Position numbers and translations under genes: made by a program. DNA of 64,000 bases from Chiloscyllium plagiosum. Taxonomy: Eukaryota. Where the stretch lies: contig NC_057752.1 of the NCBI RefSeq assembly GCF_004010195.1, forward strand, positions 8,080,317-8,144,316, written 5' to 3'. The notes under the pieces are model-generated. The model worked only from the letters and a program-made list of their open reading frames with translations, was not told the origin of the DNA and ran no database searches. Positions 1 through 12,447 of the stretch are shown piece after piece (position 1 is the stretch's first letter; every line of letters starts with the position of its first letter).

Positions 1-1763
1 CCAATAGTCAGTAGAAAATTGAGATACAGATAGCTGAGATGTCCTTACAAATTTGTAAGAATAATAGGGTGGCTATGGTTGGGGAAAGCCTTCAAAAATG
101 ATATAATGAGAGTCCAGAGACAGTATATTCCTGCTAGGGTGAAAGGAAAGGCTGGTAGATGCAGGGAATGCTGCTTGACTAGAGACATTGGGGTTTTGGT
201 CAAGAAGAAGAAGGAAGCATACATTAGGTATAGACAGGATAGATAGAGTGAATTCTCAGAAAGAGTAAAAAGGCAGTAGAAGTATATTTAAAATGGAAAT
301 CAGGAGGGCAAAAAGGGGGCATGAGATAGCTTTGGCAAGTAGGGTTAAGGAGAATCCAAAGGGTTTTTACAAATATATTAAGGACAAAAGGGTAACTAGG
401 AAGAAAATAGGGCCCCTCAAAGATCAGTAAGGCAGACTATGTGGGGAACCGCAGGAGATGGGAAAGATACTAAACGAGTATTTTGCATCAGTGTTTACTG
501 TGGTGAAGGACATGGACGATACAGAATGTGAGGAAATAGATGGTGACATCTTGAAAAACATCCATATTACAGAGGAGGAAGTGCTGGATGTCTTGAAACG
601 CATAAAAGTGGATAAATCCCCAGGACCTGATCAGGTGTATGCTAGAACTCTATGGGAAGCTAGGGAAGTGATTGCCGGGCCTCTTGCTGAGATATTTGTA
701 TCATCTATAGTCACAAGTGAGATGCCAGAAGACTGAAGGTTGGCAAACGTGGTGCCATCATCACGATGGGTTTATATTATAGGCCTCCTAATATTCAGCG
801 GCAGATTGTGGAAAGATGTAAAGACAACAGGATTGTAGCAGTGGGTGATTTTAGTTTCTCCAGTATTGACTGGGACTCCTTTAATGCCAGGACTTAGATG
901 GGGCGGATGTGTTAGGTACATTCAGGAGGGTTTCTTGAAACAATATGTAGACAGCACAACTAGACAACAGGCCATACTGGACCTGGTAATGGGAAATGAG
1001 CCCGGCCAGGTGATCAAAATTTCAGCGGGGGAGCATTTTCGTAAAATGAACAAGGGCAGAACCTATGCAGTTAATGGGAGGGCCCTGGGTAGTGCTGTTG
1101 AACAGAGACCTAGGGGTTCAGGTACATAGTTCTTTGAAAGATGTATTGCAGGTAGGCAGGATGGTTAAGAAGGCATTTAGCACACTTGCTTTCATTGCTC
1201 CTTCCATTGAGTATAGGAATTGGGATGTTATCTTGAGGTTGTACGGGACATTGGTGAGGCCACTTTTGGAGTACTGCGTACAGTTTTGGTTACCCTGCTA
1301 TAGCCAGGATATTATTAAATTGGAGGGGTTTCAGAAAAGATTTACCAGGATGTTGCTGGCACTGGAGGGTTTGAGTTATAAGGAGAGGCTGAATAAGCTG
1401 GAACCTTTTTCACTGAAACATAGAAAGTTGAGGGGTGACTTTATAAAATCATGAGGGGCATAAATAAGGTGAATTTCAAATTCCTTTTCGGTAGGGTGGG
1501 GGAGTTCAAAACTAGGGGCCATATTTTTAAGATGTGAGGAGAAAGATTGAGAAAGGTCCTAAAGTATGTGTAATGAACTTCCAGGGGAAATGGTAAATGC
1601 AGGTACAGTTACAACATTTAAAAGACGTTTGGACAGGTAGGTTTAGAGGGATAAAGGCCAAACACAGGCAAGTGGGACTTGTTTGGTTTGGGAAACTTGG
1701 CCAGCATGGACAAGTTGGACTGAAAGGTCTGTTTCCATGCTGAATGCTGTATGACTCCATGAC
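1..1763 (+). mobile_element. CR1 (HER1-like) LINE mosaic, decayed and internally rearranged
   Basis: KSPGPDQVY..LWEAREVIAGPLAEIF (RT start), an out-of-order endonuclease fragment at ~770-1040, LVRPLLEYCVQFW (C-terminus) and a CR1 3' UTR with repeat tail. Confidence 0.9.
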
Positions 1764-2081
1764 CCTCCTTGCAACAAAGTGCCTTTACTTAACATCTTCC
1801 CTTGACAATGATATGTTGGAACACAAATCCCATCTGTTCATGATGCAGTAAATTAGAGTTTTTCAAGGCACAAAAACCATCCAGGGTGATAAAACCGTAC
1901 AGAGATCAAAAGTATTCAATCAAAAGTGCATGCGCTGCACCCATTTTTTTTAATTTAAAAATTCAAGTTTGGTATATATGGTGTCTACAATGAGGGGGAA
2001 TAGGGCACTGTAACCTCTACTATTTGCAATCTCTCCTCCCCTCTTTGCGATCAACTACCTCAACATCTATACAAGTGACTA

Positions 2082-2299
2082 CAGGTCACTCTCTTTACAA
2101 TGTGCGTTTTGTCAGTGTGAATTCGCTGTAAAGCGATTGATGAATAGGGGACGCTGTTTTTAAAGCACACACTTTTAAACCTTGTGTTGGCTGTAACACG
2201 ATTACGTCACCAACACTAAGTGTTATTTGTATTGTGCGATTCTTGTATAGAGTGGGATCACACAGAAATGCGATTATCATGCTGCAGAAGAAATGACTG
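2082..2299. mobile_element. Tc1/mariner (Tigger/pogo-type) MITE
   Basis: TA|CAGGTCACTCT ... AGAAATGACTG|TA: imperfect terminal inverted repeats flanked by TA. Confidence 0.55.
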
Positions 2300-3449
2300 T
2301 ACTACATAGTTCTACTTTATTGGAACAGTGGTTGTGATCTCTGCGATCAAGGTTGTCAAGATCCACAATTGTAAGCTTGTATCAAAATGTGTAACTATGC
2401 TAACAATGTATTTTGCTTCAGAGCCACATCTGTACCTGAAAGAAAGGGAAGATACATTTCACAGGCAAATAACAATCTTTCAATAAGGAATTTCTACCAC
2501 ATCTGATCAGGCAAATTATCAAAAAGGAAATATGTTTTTTTTTTATTGTCGGTTGTGGACCTCACTAACTATACCAATATTTGCTGTCCATTCCTAATTG
2601 CCCTCAAGAAACTTATGGTGAGCTGCCTTCTTGAAACACTGTACTCCATATGTAATTACACCCACAATGCTGTTAGGGAGGGAGCTCCAAGATAATGGAA
2701 GAACGGTGATATATTTCCAAGACAGGATAGTGAGTGGCTTAGAGGGGAATTTACAGGTGGTGGTGCTCGCCGGTGTCTGCTGCCCTTGTCCTTGTAGGGG
2801 GAAGATGCTGCAGTTTGGAAGGAGCTATCCAAGGAGTTTTAGCGAGTAGTCATGTAAATGGCATACATGGCTGCCAATGTGTGTCAGCAAGAGAGGCAGT
2901 AAATGTTTATGACGATAGATGGGGTTCCAATCCAGCAAACTGCTTTGTTCTGGAGTGTGTCAAGTATTTTACATTAGAGCTGCACTCATCCAGGCAAGTC
3001 GATAGCACTCCACCACACTTCTGACTTGCACCTTGTAAGTGACTGACAAGCACTGGGGAGACAGAATGGGAGTTGCAATTTCCTAATCTCTGACCTGTTC
3101 ATTTGCTAATGTATTTATATGGCTGATCCAGTTCAGTTTCTGATCAATAGTATTTTCCCAAGATGTTGGTAATGGAGATTGAGTGACTGTAATCCATTTG
3201 AACATCAAGGGAAGATGGTCTATCCTGCCACAGAGTGTCAGGCAATGTTACTTGTCACTTAACCAGCCCAAACGTGGATACTGTCCAGATTTTGCTGCAT
3301 TTGAACACAGACTGCTTCAGTATCTGAATTGCAAATGATGCAAAACATTGTGCAATCATAAGCAAACATTCCCAATTCTGACCTTATGAAGAAGGTCATT
3401 TATGAAGTGACTGAAGATGATTGGGCCAAAGACACTACTCCAAGGAACT

Positions 3450-3570
3450 GGGGCTCTTATGACACAGTAATAGTGTTCTTACCTCTGAGCCAGAGGCCCA
3501 GGTTCAAGTCCCACTCACTCCAGATGTGCGTCATAAGATGTCTGAAGAGGTTGATTAGAGGTCTTGTTAT
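3450..3570 (+). mobile_element. Short tRNA-derived SINE (related copy at 5045-5160, head fragment at 3740-3764)
   Basis: A-box-like cacagtaatagt, B-box-like GGTTCAAGTCC, and a shared 3' part ending aggttgattag. Confidence 0.6.
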
Positions 3571-3586
3571 ACTAAGGAACCTTGGC

Positions 3587-3713
3587 AAAAGTGAGGACTG
3601 TAGATGCTGGAAGCCAGAGTCTAGATCAGAGTGGTGCTAGAAAAGCACACCAGGTCAGGCAGCATCCGAGGAGCAGGAAAACCGATGTTTCAGGCAAAAG
3701 CCCTTCATCAGGA
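3587..3713 (-). mobile_element. Penelope-type mini-element with hammerhead core
   Basis: Minus strand CTGATGA-A-GGGC-TTTT-GCCT-GAAA-CA-TC. Imperfect ~17-bp TSD atactaa(g/a)gaacc(t)tggc at 3569-3586 and 3714-3730. Confidence 0.75.
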
Positions 3714-3775
3714 ATACTAAAGAACCTGGCTACAGAATGCTATGGCACAGTAGTAGTGTTCCTATCGTGCCAGAT

Positions 3776-5214
3776 TTTGTTCTAAAATATTAACGTTGAT
3801 TGGCAAGCATTGGAGCAAAACCTTACGTCTGCTGGTGCAAAGGGCACCAACATCTTGGGCTCCTTCCCGCAACTGATTGCAGGAATTGCTAACCTTAGCC
3901 TGGTTCCTGGTAGGCCCATGAGTTGAAGGATACTCTGACCAAAGCTGAAACTTTATTGCTGGAACAGCACAGTAGGTCAGGCAGCATCTAGGGAACAGAA
4001 GATTCGACGTTTCGGGCACATGCCCTTCTTCAGGATACTCTGACCAGCCTGGCGCAGAAGCAGTTGAGAGTACAGTTCCTCGAACCACACAATTTGAATT
4101 TAATCCTAGTAAAGAATTTGATCTGCATGTAGTTGTTTTGGTCAAATGTGAGGCATGTGGTCTCAATTATTCTGCATACCTTCTGCAGTCCAATGTTTTC
4201 TTGACCAACAGGTTGTCCTGAGATTTGGGTTGAGCTGAGAGAAGAGATTTTGCTGCTTTATGTATCTGTCAAACTATCACCCTAGTTTAGTACTCAAAAA
4301 TAGAATCCATTTAGGGCACCCTACACTTTCATTCCTGAAATTGTAACTATTTAATATTGCTGGTTTTTGTTTTTACAAAAGAGTCTTTACACTTTTGGTC
4401 TCCTTTTGTGGTTGTTTATTTACTGCACATGAAAGAGATTGAATGAATTCTCTTAACAATGGATTAACCATAGATGAAATGGTCATGATTTCCACCATCA
4501 TGATTGTGTTCATGTTTCGGAAGGTGGTGTCACAATGGCAAACGTAATCATTTTAAACTCTTAAGCTGCACAGTCAAATGCTGACAAAACATCTTAGCTG
4601 CAGCCTAATCTTTGTCTTGATGCAGATATGGACCCAAGAGTTGTATACCAAATGGAATGCAAGAGTAGCAAGTATCCTTGACAGCAAGACAGTATTTAAG
4701 TAGGGGAAGTCAATGAAGTATTGGCAAATATGAATTGGAGTGAAGGTAGTGTCCAGTAAGTGCAGTTGTACTTGATGCAAATGAAGTTCTTTGTTAGGTG
4801 GTCATTGTACACTTGGTTTATCGCTGCAAGATGCCATAAGTTTCCTCAATTCAATCATCTTCAGCTGCTCAATTCTGAATTACGTCCACTTGCCAAAGAT
4901 TGAGTGTGGAGCTGTGGCTGCTGATTAATAGTGTATAACTCTCTTCACAGCTCCAGATAATGAAGTAGCCAGTTAGGTTACAGTAGGATGTGGATATCAT
5001 TGGGGCTTGGGACTTGATCAGCCATTTTCTACTGGTCTTGCCTAGATGGCACAGTGGTGGTGTCCCTACCTCTGGACGAGAAGACCTGGATTCAATTCTC
5101 ATCTGCTCCAGAGGTGTGTCACAACATCTTGAGACAGGTTGATTAGGAATACCTATGTTAATGAAGTCCTGCAGAGATGTCCTGGAGCTGAGATGACTGA
5201 CCTCCAATAACCAT
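3776..5214 (+). repeat. Inverted segmental duplication, copy A (partner 60151-61650)
   Basis: Direct reverse-complement comparison. The spurious ORFs 4869-5207 and 4574-4780 recur almost identically at 60158-60496 and 60585-60791. Confidence 0.97.
3942..4031 (-). mobile_element. Penelope-type mini-element with hammerhead core
   Basis: Minus strand CTGAAGA-A-GGGC-ATGT-GCCC-GAAA-CG-TC. Perfect 15-bp TSD aggatactctgacca (3927-3941, 4032-4046). The paralogous site near 61320 is empty. Confidence 0.85.
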
Positions 5215-6381
5215 AATCATCTTCCTTTGTGCCATGTATGACTCCACCCGGTGGCAAGTTTTATCTGATTCCCATTGTCTACAGTTTTGCTAGGGCTCCT
5301 AGATACCACATTTGGTCAAGTGTGGCCTTGATTTTGAGGGCGGTCACTCTCATCACACCACTCGAATTCAGCTGTTTTGTCCATGTTAGAACCAAGTCTG
5401 TGCACCCTAGTGGAACCCAAACTTAGTATCACTGAGCAGGTTATGCCTTAGCAACTGCTGTTTGATAGCACTATTGGTGGCCCTTTCCATCTTTTTTTTA
5501 AACTGGTGATTGACAGTAGACTGATACGGTGCCAACTGGCCAGGTTGGATTTGTCCTGCTTTTGTACACAGGACATACCTGGGCAATTTTTCACTTCGCC
5601 GGATAGATACTGATGCAGTAGCTATACTGGAACAGACTGGATAGGAAGTGGCAAATTCTGCAGCCTAAATCTTCAGTACTATTGCCAGAATGTTATCAGA
5701 GCCCAGATCCTTTGCATTGTCCAGTACCTTCAGCTATTTTTTGGTATCCCATGGAATTAATTAAATTGACTGAACATTGGCATGTGATACTGGAGGCCTC
5801 TGAAGGAGGATGAGATGGATCATCCACTCAGCATTTCTAACTGAAGGTTGATGCAAGTAAGCCTTATCTTTTGCACTGTGTTGAGCTCCCTCATCATTGA
5901 GGATGGGGATAGTTGTAGAACTACAGTTCAAAATATATTATACCAACGAAGTCATGCAACGTCAAAAAATACGCAATGATCTCACCCTGTTGAAATTTCT
6001 AATCCATCACTCGCAATCTTAACCGCAGAAATACAATGCCAAATGTTCGTTCATGAAGAAATGATATTTTTATGTAAGAAACTGAGCTATTACGTTAAAA
6101 TAACTCGCAGAAATAAAATCGCATTTAAAATTCACATTTTTTCTAAGATGCACGCATTTTAGTGATTCTTTTAAATGTTCTTTACTCCTGCAGATCACCG
6201 TAGGAAATCACAAACCCCCTTGCTAGAAAGGGTTAATTAATGTAGCACTAGGACCCCGCGCATCCCTCCCTGTTCAAATTTTCTGACTGAGATTGTAATT
6301 CCCCATAGAGTCAAAAACTTTGCAGCTAAAAAGATTCTTGTACTTTCTACACAGCGAGACTTCCCGCTGTATGCCCCTTAC

Positions 6382-6708
6382 CCAAGCTGGCAGGCTCTTG
6401 TTTGTTCTTTTTCTGGTGACGTTCTCTTCGTTTTCCAGGAGGTAGAAGGCGTCCCTCAGCTTGTTCTGTTTGCTCTGTCTCCGCATTTTCCACCCCATCC
6501 ACAGCATCAGTCCGAAAATCAGAAAGCTCACACTCAGCCCGAAGTAACCGGTTAGATAGATCAACATGAGCCACAGAAGTGTTTTGCTGAAGCGAGTTAA
6601 CAGAGTCATCATGTCGGTAGCAGCGAGACTTGGAACCCCGGCTTCATCAGGGGTCCCGCCAATTGAGGTTGGCACTCCCTCCTCGCGAGCACTGTACTTT
6701 CGATCCAT
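6382..6708 (-). CDS. ESYT1: Extended synaptotagmin-1, first coding exon (109 codons; N-terminus and hairpin membrane anchor). Gene continues left of the window
   Basis: ATG at 6708. Peptide LLTRFSKTLLWLMLIYLTGYFGLSVSFLIFGLMLWMGWK...LLENEE...LPAW matches the ESYT1 transmembrane hairpin and the LPAW motif preceding the SMP domain. A phase-0 donor TGG|GTAAGG follows LPAW. ZC3H10 lies upstream on the same strand, as in mammals. Confidence 0.92.
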
Positions 6709-7350
6709 GGGGTGATTCCGTTTTGTGTTCAATTTGCGCAAAGGAAAGCTTTGTAAAAAAAAAGGCAGGGCGAACAAAGAATTGAAAACAAATAAAGTGG
6801 ACCAGTTTTAGTGAAGAGAACGGTAAGTCATCTCAGTGCGAGCGGCCGGGGTTCCTCCCAAACTGCAGCAGACCAGGTTCCGGAAAATAACGAATCATAC
6901 GATCTCAACACGATTTACTAGGTGTCAGAGATTCGTACGAAAAATCGCGGCCACATTCACCCTGCGTCTGTTCGCAGTAAGAACTGAAACCGAGCTCTCC
7001 TCCCTTTCTCTTATAGCCTCTTCCTAGAGGGCGTTACTCGCGTCTGCATCCTGAAAAAATTCTTTCCTCAGACTCTCTGCATTTTTTTTCCCCAAGAAAT
7101 TTGCAAGTGGCTACAAATCTCAAATTCATTTCTAACCACGCTTTTTCAACTCAACCAAGCAGTCGAAGAAAGCACTTAATTCATACTGTATCCACAGTGA
7201 CTTAGCTGTCGTGTGTTGTTTTTGAAGTCAGAAAGTTTTGCCTCAAATGAAAGACCAGACCCACGCATAAAGGGGTGAGCCAAACCAAACCCTCCAACCT
7301 CCACTTCAGCCGACTGTAAAAAAACTTCCGTCATATCCGTTCACTCGCAT
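6600..7350. promoter_or_regulatory. CpG-retaining promoter region of ESYT1
   Basis: Local CpG enrichment against a CpG-depleted background, around the first coding exon. ETS-like CCGGAA (~6880) and ACTTCCG (~7324). Confidence 0.6.
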
Positions 7351-8274
7351 TTTTTTTAAAAAGTACCATCTTGTTCTTAAACATATTGGTTATCAGCAGT
7401 TTCTCAGTCCCAGCCCATGGTACGATGACAAGTAAATTATTACCTAATTAAAGATCATACTGCATATTTCAAAGGCCAGGATTTATTCCGAAATTGTCAA
7501 TTATGGAGGTTTTAAGGTTGGACACGTAGAGTTGTCAACAGTATAACAACTGAGAGCTATATTCCGTGAAATGGTAAATCAGTTTAGGAATGGTTTTCCA
7601 AGTTTGTCACAATGAAGGAATGTTCCTTTACCCACATTGAAGTGTACTTATGACGGAGGTATCCGTCCAGACATTGTCACGTTATAAAACCAAACTTGAG
7701 TGACACTCCTAAATATGTTACCACCTCACCTCTCCGACCTCCCCCCCCCCCATCCCCCAGCTTCCAACTACGTACCTCACCAGTTCCCGTACCAGCAACG
7801 ACAAAGGTTGTTTCATTCAGGATCTCAAAAGTTATCCACCATTGTCAGAGTTTCCAACAGCTCAAAATCCCAGCCAAAATAATTTATTGCTGATTGTATC
7901 AGTGGCAGTTTTCGTAAAGAAGCATTCACATTCAAACATACTGAATATAGAATATTCTGAACAGCACCGCAACAGGGAAGATTTTTTTTAAAACCCGGAT
8001 ATCTGGTATCAAAATGTTGTTGCTTCTAACTAGTTCTCATCGGTATAGATATTAGCCTTCTCATTCGCAAAAATAGTTTGAATTGTTCTTAGTTGAATCT
8101 GAATGACAAGTTATCACTATAAGCTGTATTACAACAGATGGTTGCCAGCTTTCTATTGGCAGAATAATAAAGAGCTTTTCAGGCTATAATACGCGTTTGT
8201 CTACAGCTGAGCAGTGCGATCAAATATATGCGAGAATATACTATTTCGTGATGCTATAAGTTTAAAAAAGACAT

Positions 8275-8378
8275 TGATGTAGCACCTTTCATGACCTAAG
8301 TTTCCAAAGCCCTTTACAACCAAACAAGTACTTTTAAAATATGGTTACTGTTGCCATGTAGGAAACACAACAGCCCAT
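8275..8378 (-). mobile_element. DeuSINE (SacSINE1/AmnSINE1-related) 3' fragment
   Basis: Matches the recalled Deu-type 3' end (GGCTG..GTTTCCTACA...ACAGT.AC...AAAAGTAC...TGTAAAG.GCTTTGG...GTC.TGAAAGG.GCTA). Confidence 0.65.
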
Positions 8379-8609
8379 TAACAGAGTAGAAAAATTTGTC
8401 GCTGTTGTGATTACAAGTTTTCAGCTAATTCTTTAGTGGAAAAGCCATACTGAAATTGTAATAATGATATTCCCATAACATTATTTTAAACACTGCTCTC
8501 AAATATTTGATATTTATTTAACAATGCCATAGAAATTTCCAAAGTCTGAGTCTGGCAACTTCTCATCTGATCTTCCAAATTTATAGTCACGGTTCATGGT
8601 GCAGGAGGA

Positions 8610-9430
8610 TAGTGCCATTGCAGGAGGACTAGGACAGGCTAGAAGAATGGGCAAAGAAGTGGCAAATGCAATACGATATGGGAAAATGTGAGGTTATGTA
8701 CTGTGGAAGGAATAGAGACATAGTCTATTTTCGAAAATGGGGAATGGCTTTGGAAATCTGAAGCACAGAAACTTAAGAGAATCCTAAATTAGGACTCCTA
8801 AGGTTGACATTCAGGTTCAATTGATGGTTAGAATGCAAATGCAATGTTAGAATTAATTTAAAGAGGGCTAACCTAGAATACAAGAGCAGGGACATAGAAG
8901 ATGTATAAAGCTCTAATCAATCTGCACTCGGAATATTATGAGCAGTTTTGGGCCGCATATCTAAGGATGTGCGAGCTTTGGAGGGGATTCAGGGAGGTTC
9001 ACAAGATTGATCCAAGGAATGAAGGATTTGTCATTGAGCAGTTGAGGACTCTAGGTCTGTACTCAATGGAACTTAGAAGGATGACGAGGAGGTCTGATTG
9101 AAACTCTCATTAAACTGAAAGGCCTGAATAGAGTGGATGTGGAGATGTTTCCATGAGTAGGAAACTAGGACCTGAGGGCACAGTCTGAGTGAAGGGACAA
9201 CCCTTTAGAACTGAGAGGAATTTCTTCAGCCAGAGGGAAGTGAATCTGTGGAACTCATTGCTGCAGAGGTCAAGTCATTGAGTGTATTTGAGAGATAGCT
9301 AGGTTCTTGATTAATAAGGGGATCAAGGGTTACCAGAGGAAGGTAGGATAATGGGGTTGAGAAACATATCTACCACAATTGAATGGTGGATCAGATCAAT
9401 GGGCCTAATTCTGCTACTATATACCTTAAG
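8610..9430 (+). mobile_element. CR1 LINE 3' portion
   Basis: YKALI..HSEY..QFW motif and CR1 3' UTR. Confidence 0.85.
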
Positions 9431-9529
9431 GACATCTTATGGTTATATTGCTGGCCCAGTAATCCAGAAGCCGGAACTAGGGATCTGAAGACAGTTGGTT
9501 TGCTAAATAAAAAAAGTGTTATGCTGGAA

Positions 9530-9727
9530 ACAAATAAAAGACAGGAATTGCTGGATAAACTCAGCAGGTCTGGCAGCACCTGTGGACTGAAGAGTTAATG
9601 TATCAGGTCTAATAACCCTTCTTCAGAACTGTTCTGAAGGCGGCTCCCTGGACCCGACAAGTCAATTCTGCTTTATCTCCATAGGTGCCGCCAGATCTGC
9701 TGAGTTTTTCCAGCAAATTTGTTTTTG
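9530..9727. mobile_element. Older palindromic Penelope-type mini-element (second subfamily), hammerhead cores decayed
   Basis: Imperfect inverted repeat centred on cagaac-t-gttctg (~9630). Arms gctggataaactcagcaggtctggcagcacct / aggtgccgccagatctgctgagtttttccagc. The minus arm retains CTGAAGAAGGGT. Confidence 0.75.
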
Positions 9728-9729
9728 TA

Positions 9730-9930
9730 GTTGGCTAGCTCAATTGGTTGGGTGTCTGGTTCACAATGCAGTGATGTTCAATTCCCGTACTAGCTGAGGT
9801 TCCCATGAAGGACTCTCCTTCTCAACCTCTCCCCTCACCTGAGGCATGGTGACCCTCAGGTTAAACCACCACGCTGTCTCTCTCTGACGAGACAACAGCC
9901 CTATAATCTGATCAGACTATGGCAACTTTT
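9730..9930 (+). mobile_element. tRNA-derived SINE, family not identified
   Basis: tagctcaattggtt A-box, gttcaattcc B-box, internal hairpin cctgagg..cctcagg. Confidence 0.6.
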
Positions 9931-10412
9931 TTTAAAACAGTTGGGGAATTCAAATTTAATTAATCAAAACTGAAGTGATGAAATGTCCAGCCATTTACCA
10001 GCTTCTCGAAGGCCTTACCTGGATACCGATCGGCGAACTGACTGTGGAGTGGACCTGATGTGGTCCCAATGTCCTCCCTGACCTTGTGGTGTACTGACCT
10101 TTGAGGCCCAATCAGACAAAAAGCAAGACCTCCAGAGTGCCCAAGGCTGCAACCAGTGTCCAAGACCCCCAACAGATGCATCCACTCACATTCCAAATGG
10201 CAGACTATCCACACCGCCTCCTGAACCTGACCAGAAGCAGCCACTTACCAAGGAAACGTGCTGACCGACAGATGAGACTGAAACAATGCGGTTTTAAGTC
10301 CCCCTTCCCCAGTATACTCCTTGCAAATGTCCAAGCCATTGAAAACAAGCTGGACAAACTTAAAGCTAGACTCACCTACCAAAGGGAATTGTGTACTCTG
10401 CTATACAGAGAT

Positions 10413-11480
10413 ATAAGACTGTAAGACATAGGAGTGGAATGAAGGCCATTCAGCCCATTGAGTGTACTCTGCCGATGGGCATTTCAACTCCACTTACCCA
10501 CATTCTCCCCATAGCCCTTAATTCCTTGCGAAATCAAGAATTTATCAATCTCTGCCTTGAAGGTTTCTATTAGATCTCCCCTCAACCTTCTGGACTCTAA
10601 TGAATACAATCCCAGGATCCTTAGCCATTCATCATAGGTTAGGCTTACCATTCCAGGGATCATCCGTGTGAATCTCTGCTGGACACACTCCAGTGCCAGT
10701 ATGTCCTTCCTAAGGTGTGGGGCCCAAAATTGGACACAGTATTCTAAATGGGGCCTAACTAGAGCTTTATAAAGTCTCAGAAGCACATCGCTGCTTTTAT
10801 ATCCCAAACATCTTGAGACAAATGACAACATTACATTTGCTTTCTTAATCACGGACTCAACCTGCAAGTTAACCTTGAGAGAATCCTCGATTAGCACTCC
10901 CGGATCCTTTTGTACTGTTTAGAAAATAGTCCACGTCTGTATTCTTTTTCCCCCAAAGTGCAAGGCCATCGCATTTGCTCACAGTCAATCCTCAATCCAT
11001 GCCAGTAGCTCACATTGAACACCATGGGCCCTCACTGTACTCAGCAGCCTCCTGTGAGGCACCTTATTAAAGGCCTTTTGGAAGTCTGGATAGATAACAT
11101 CCACTGAGTTTCCCTGGTCTAACCTACTTGTTACCTCTTCAAAAGAATTCTAACAGGTTTGTCAGACATGACCTCCCCTTACTAAATCCATGCTGACTTG
11201 TTCTAATCCGACTCTGCCCTTCCAAGAATTTAGAAATCTTATCCTTAACGATGGATTCTAGACTTTTACCAACAACCAAAGTTAGGCTAATCGGCCTATA
11301 ATTTTCCATCTTTTGTATTGATCCTTTCTTGAACAAGGGGCTTACAACAGTGATTTTCCAATCATCTGGGACTTTCCCTGACTCTGGTGACTTTGAAAGA
11401 TCACAACTAACGCCTCTCAGCCACCTTCCTCAGAACTCTAGGATGTAGCCCATCGGGGCCAGGAGATTTATCAATTTTTT
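10413..11480 (-). mobile_element. CR1 LINE nested in Rex/Babar
   Basis: NYRPISLTLVVGK..E, QHGFSKGRSCLTNLLEFF, LYKALVRPHLEYCVQFWAP. Confidence 0.92.
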
Positions 11481-12337
11481 AAAAAAAAATATACGGCTTA
11501 CTTCTGCTTCACCTGACTGTACCTTTCAACTGGAAGGCTTCTCAATCCACCAGATAGACCACACAGGGTCCTCGAGTAAGGCAAAGGGGTCTGCCTCCTG
11601 GTGCTCAGACATGACCTTGGTGAGTTACTGCATCCCGGACTGAGAATATTTTATAGTCGGGGCCATTCTCTACTACCTGCCGCAGGGGTTTACTCTGACA
11701 GTAGTTTACACCCCACCCCACGTGGAAGTGAGGAGCATACTTGATGAAATATATATCACTACAAATAGCCTTGAGATGGAATACCCCAAAGCCTTGCTCA
11801 TCATAACCAGTGACTTCAACCAGGCCAACCTCAAGTGCACTACCAAGTTACCATTAACTCATCTCCTGTTAAACAATCAAAGATGCTGACCACACCATTC
11901 GCCACCCACATTTTGGTAAACCAGACCATATGGCTGTGCTCCTTCTCCCAGCTTACAAACAGAAACTGAAGCATAAGGATCGGTACAGAAAGTCATACAG
12001 TGCTGATCTGAGGTAGTAGACCAGCTCCTACGTGACTGCCTGGAGTCAGTGGACTGGTCCATATTCAAGAACTCAGCAGCCAACCAAAATGAGTCTGCCA
12101 CAACTGTCACAACCTTAATCAGTCAGTGTATAGAGAACAGTGTGCCAAAAGAAGTTAATCCGAGTGGTCCCCAACTGGAAACCATGGATGAACCAGGAGA
12201 TCTACTCTCGACTGAAGTCCAGGTTCAACACACTGAAATCGGGTGACCCTGACTTCTACAGGAAGTCTAGGTACGACCTTTGCAAAGCCATTAGAGATGC
12301 CAAGAGACAAAACCAGACTAAACTAGCGTCTCAAACT

Positions 12338-12447
12338 CTGGATCAGTGGTGCTGGAAGAGCACAGCAATTCAGGCAGCATCCGAGGACAGGCAAAATCGA
12401 CGTTTCGGGCAAATCTGGTTTCCAGCATCTGCAGTCATTGTTTTTAC
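12338..12447. mobile_element. Penelope-type mini-element with inverted 5' part
   Basis: Perfect 15-bp TSD ctagcgtctcaaact (12323-12337, 12448-12462). Body is on the minus strand, 3' tail (tctggtttccagcatctgcagtc) on the plus strand. Confidence 0.85.

Larger units (their letters stand above)
2540..5920 (-). mobile_element. CR1/L2-clade LINE, interrupted by a 1.7-kb composite insert at 3450-5162
   Basis: Same family as 46440-47826 and 23620-25200. The sequence left of 3449 (ccaaggaact) and right of 5168 (cctgcagagatgtcc) is contiguous in the 24990-25020 copy. Confidence 0.85.

Noticed and set aside
4574..5207. ORFs (68 and 112 aa) repeated at 60158-60791 as duplicated small genes
   Set aside because: Non-ATG starts, the longer one runs through LINE/SINE sequence, and there is no recognisable domain. 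Identity reflects DNA duplication.
6274..6777. 167-aa ORF as a complete protein
   Set aside because: The TTG start and the tail after LPAW are UTR and intron. The real exon is 6382-6708.
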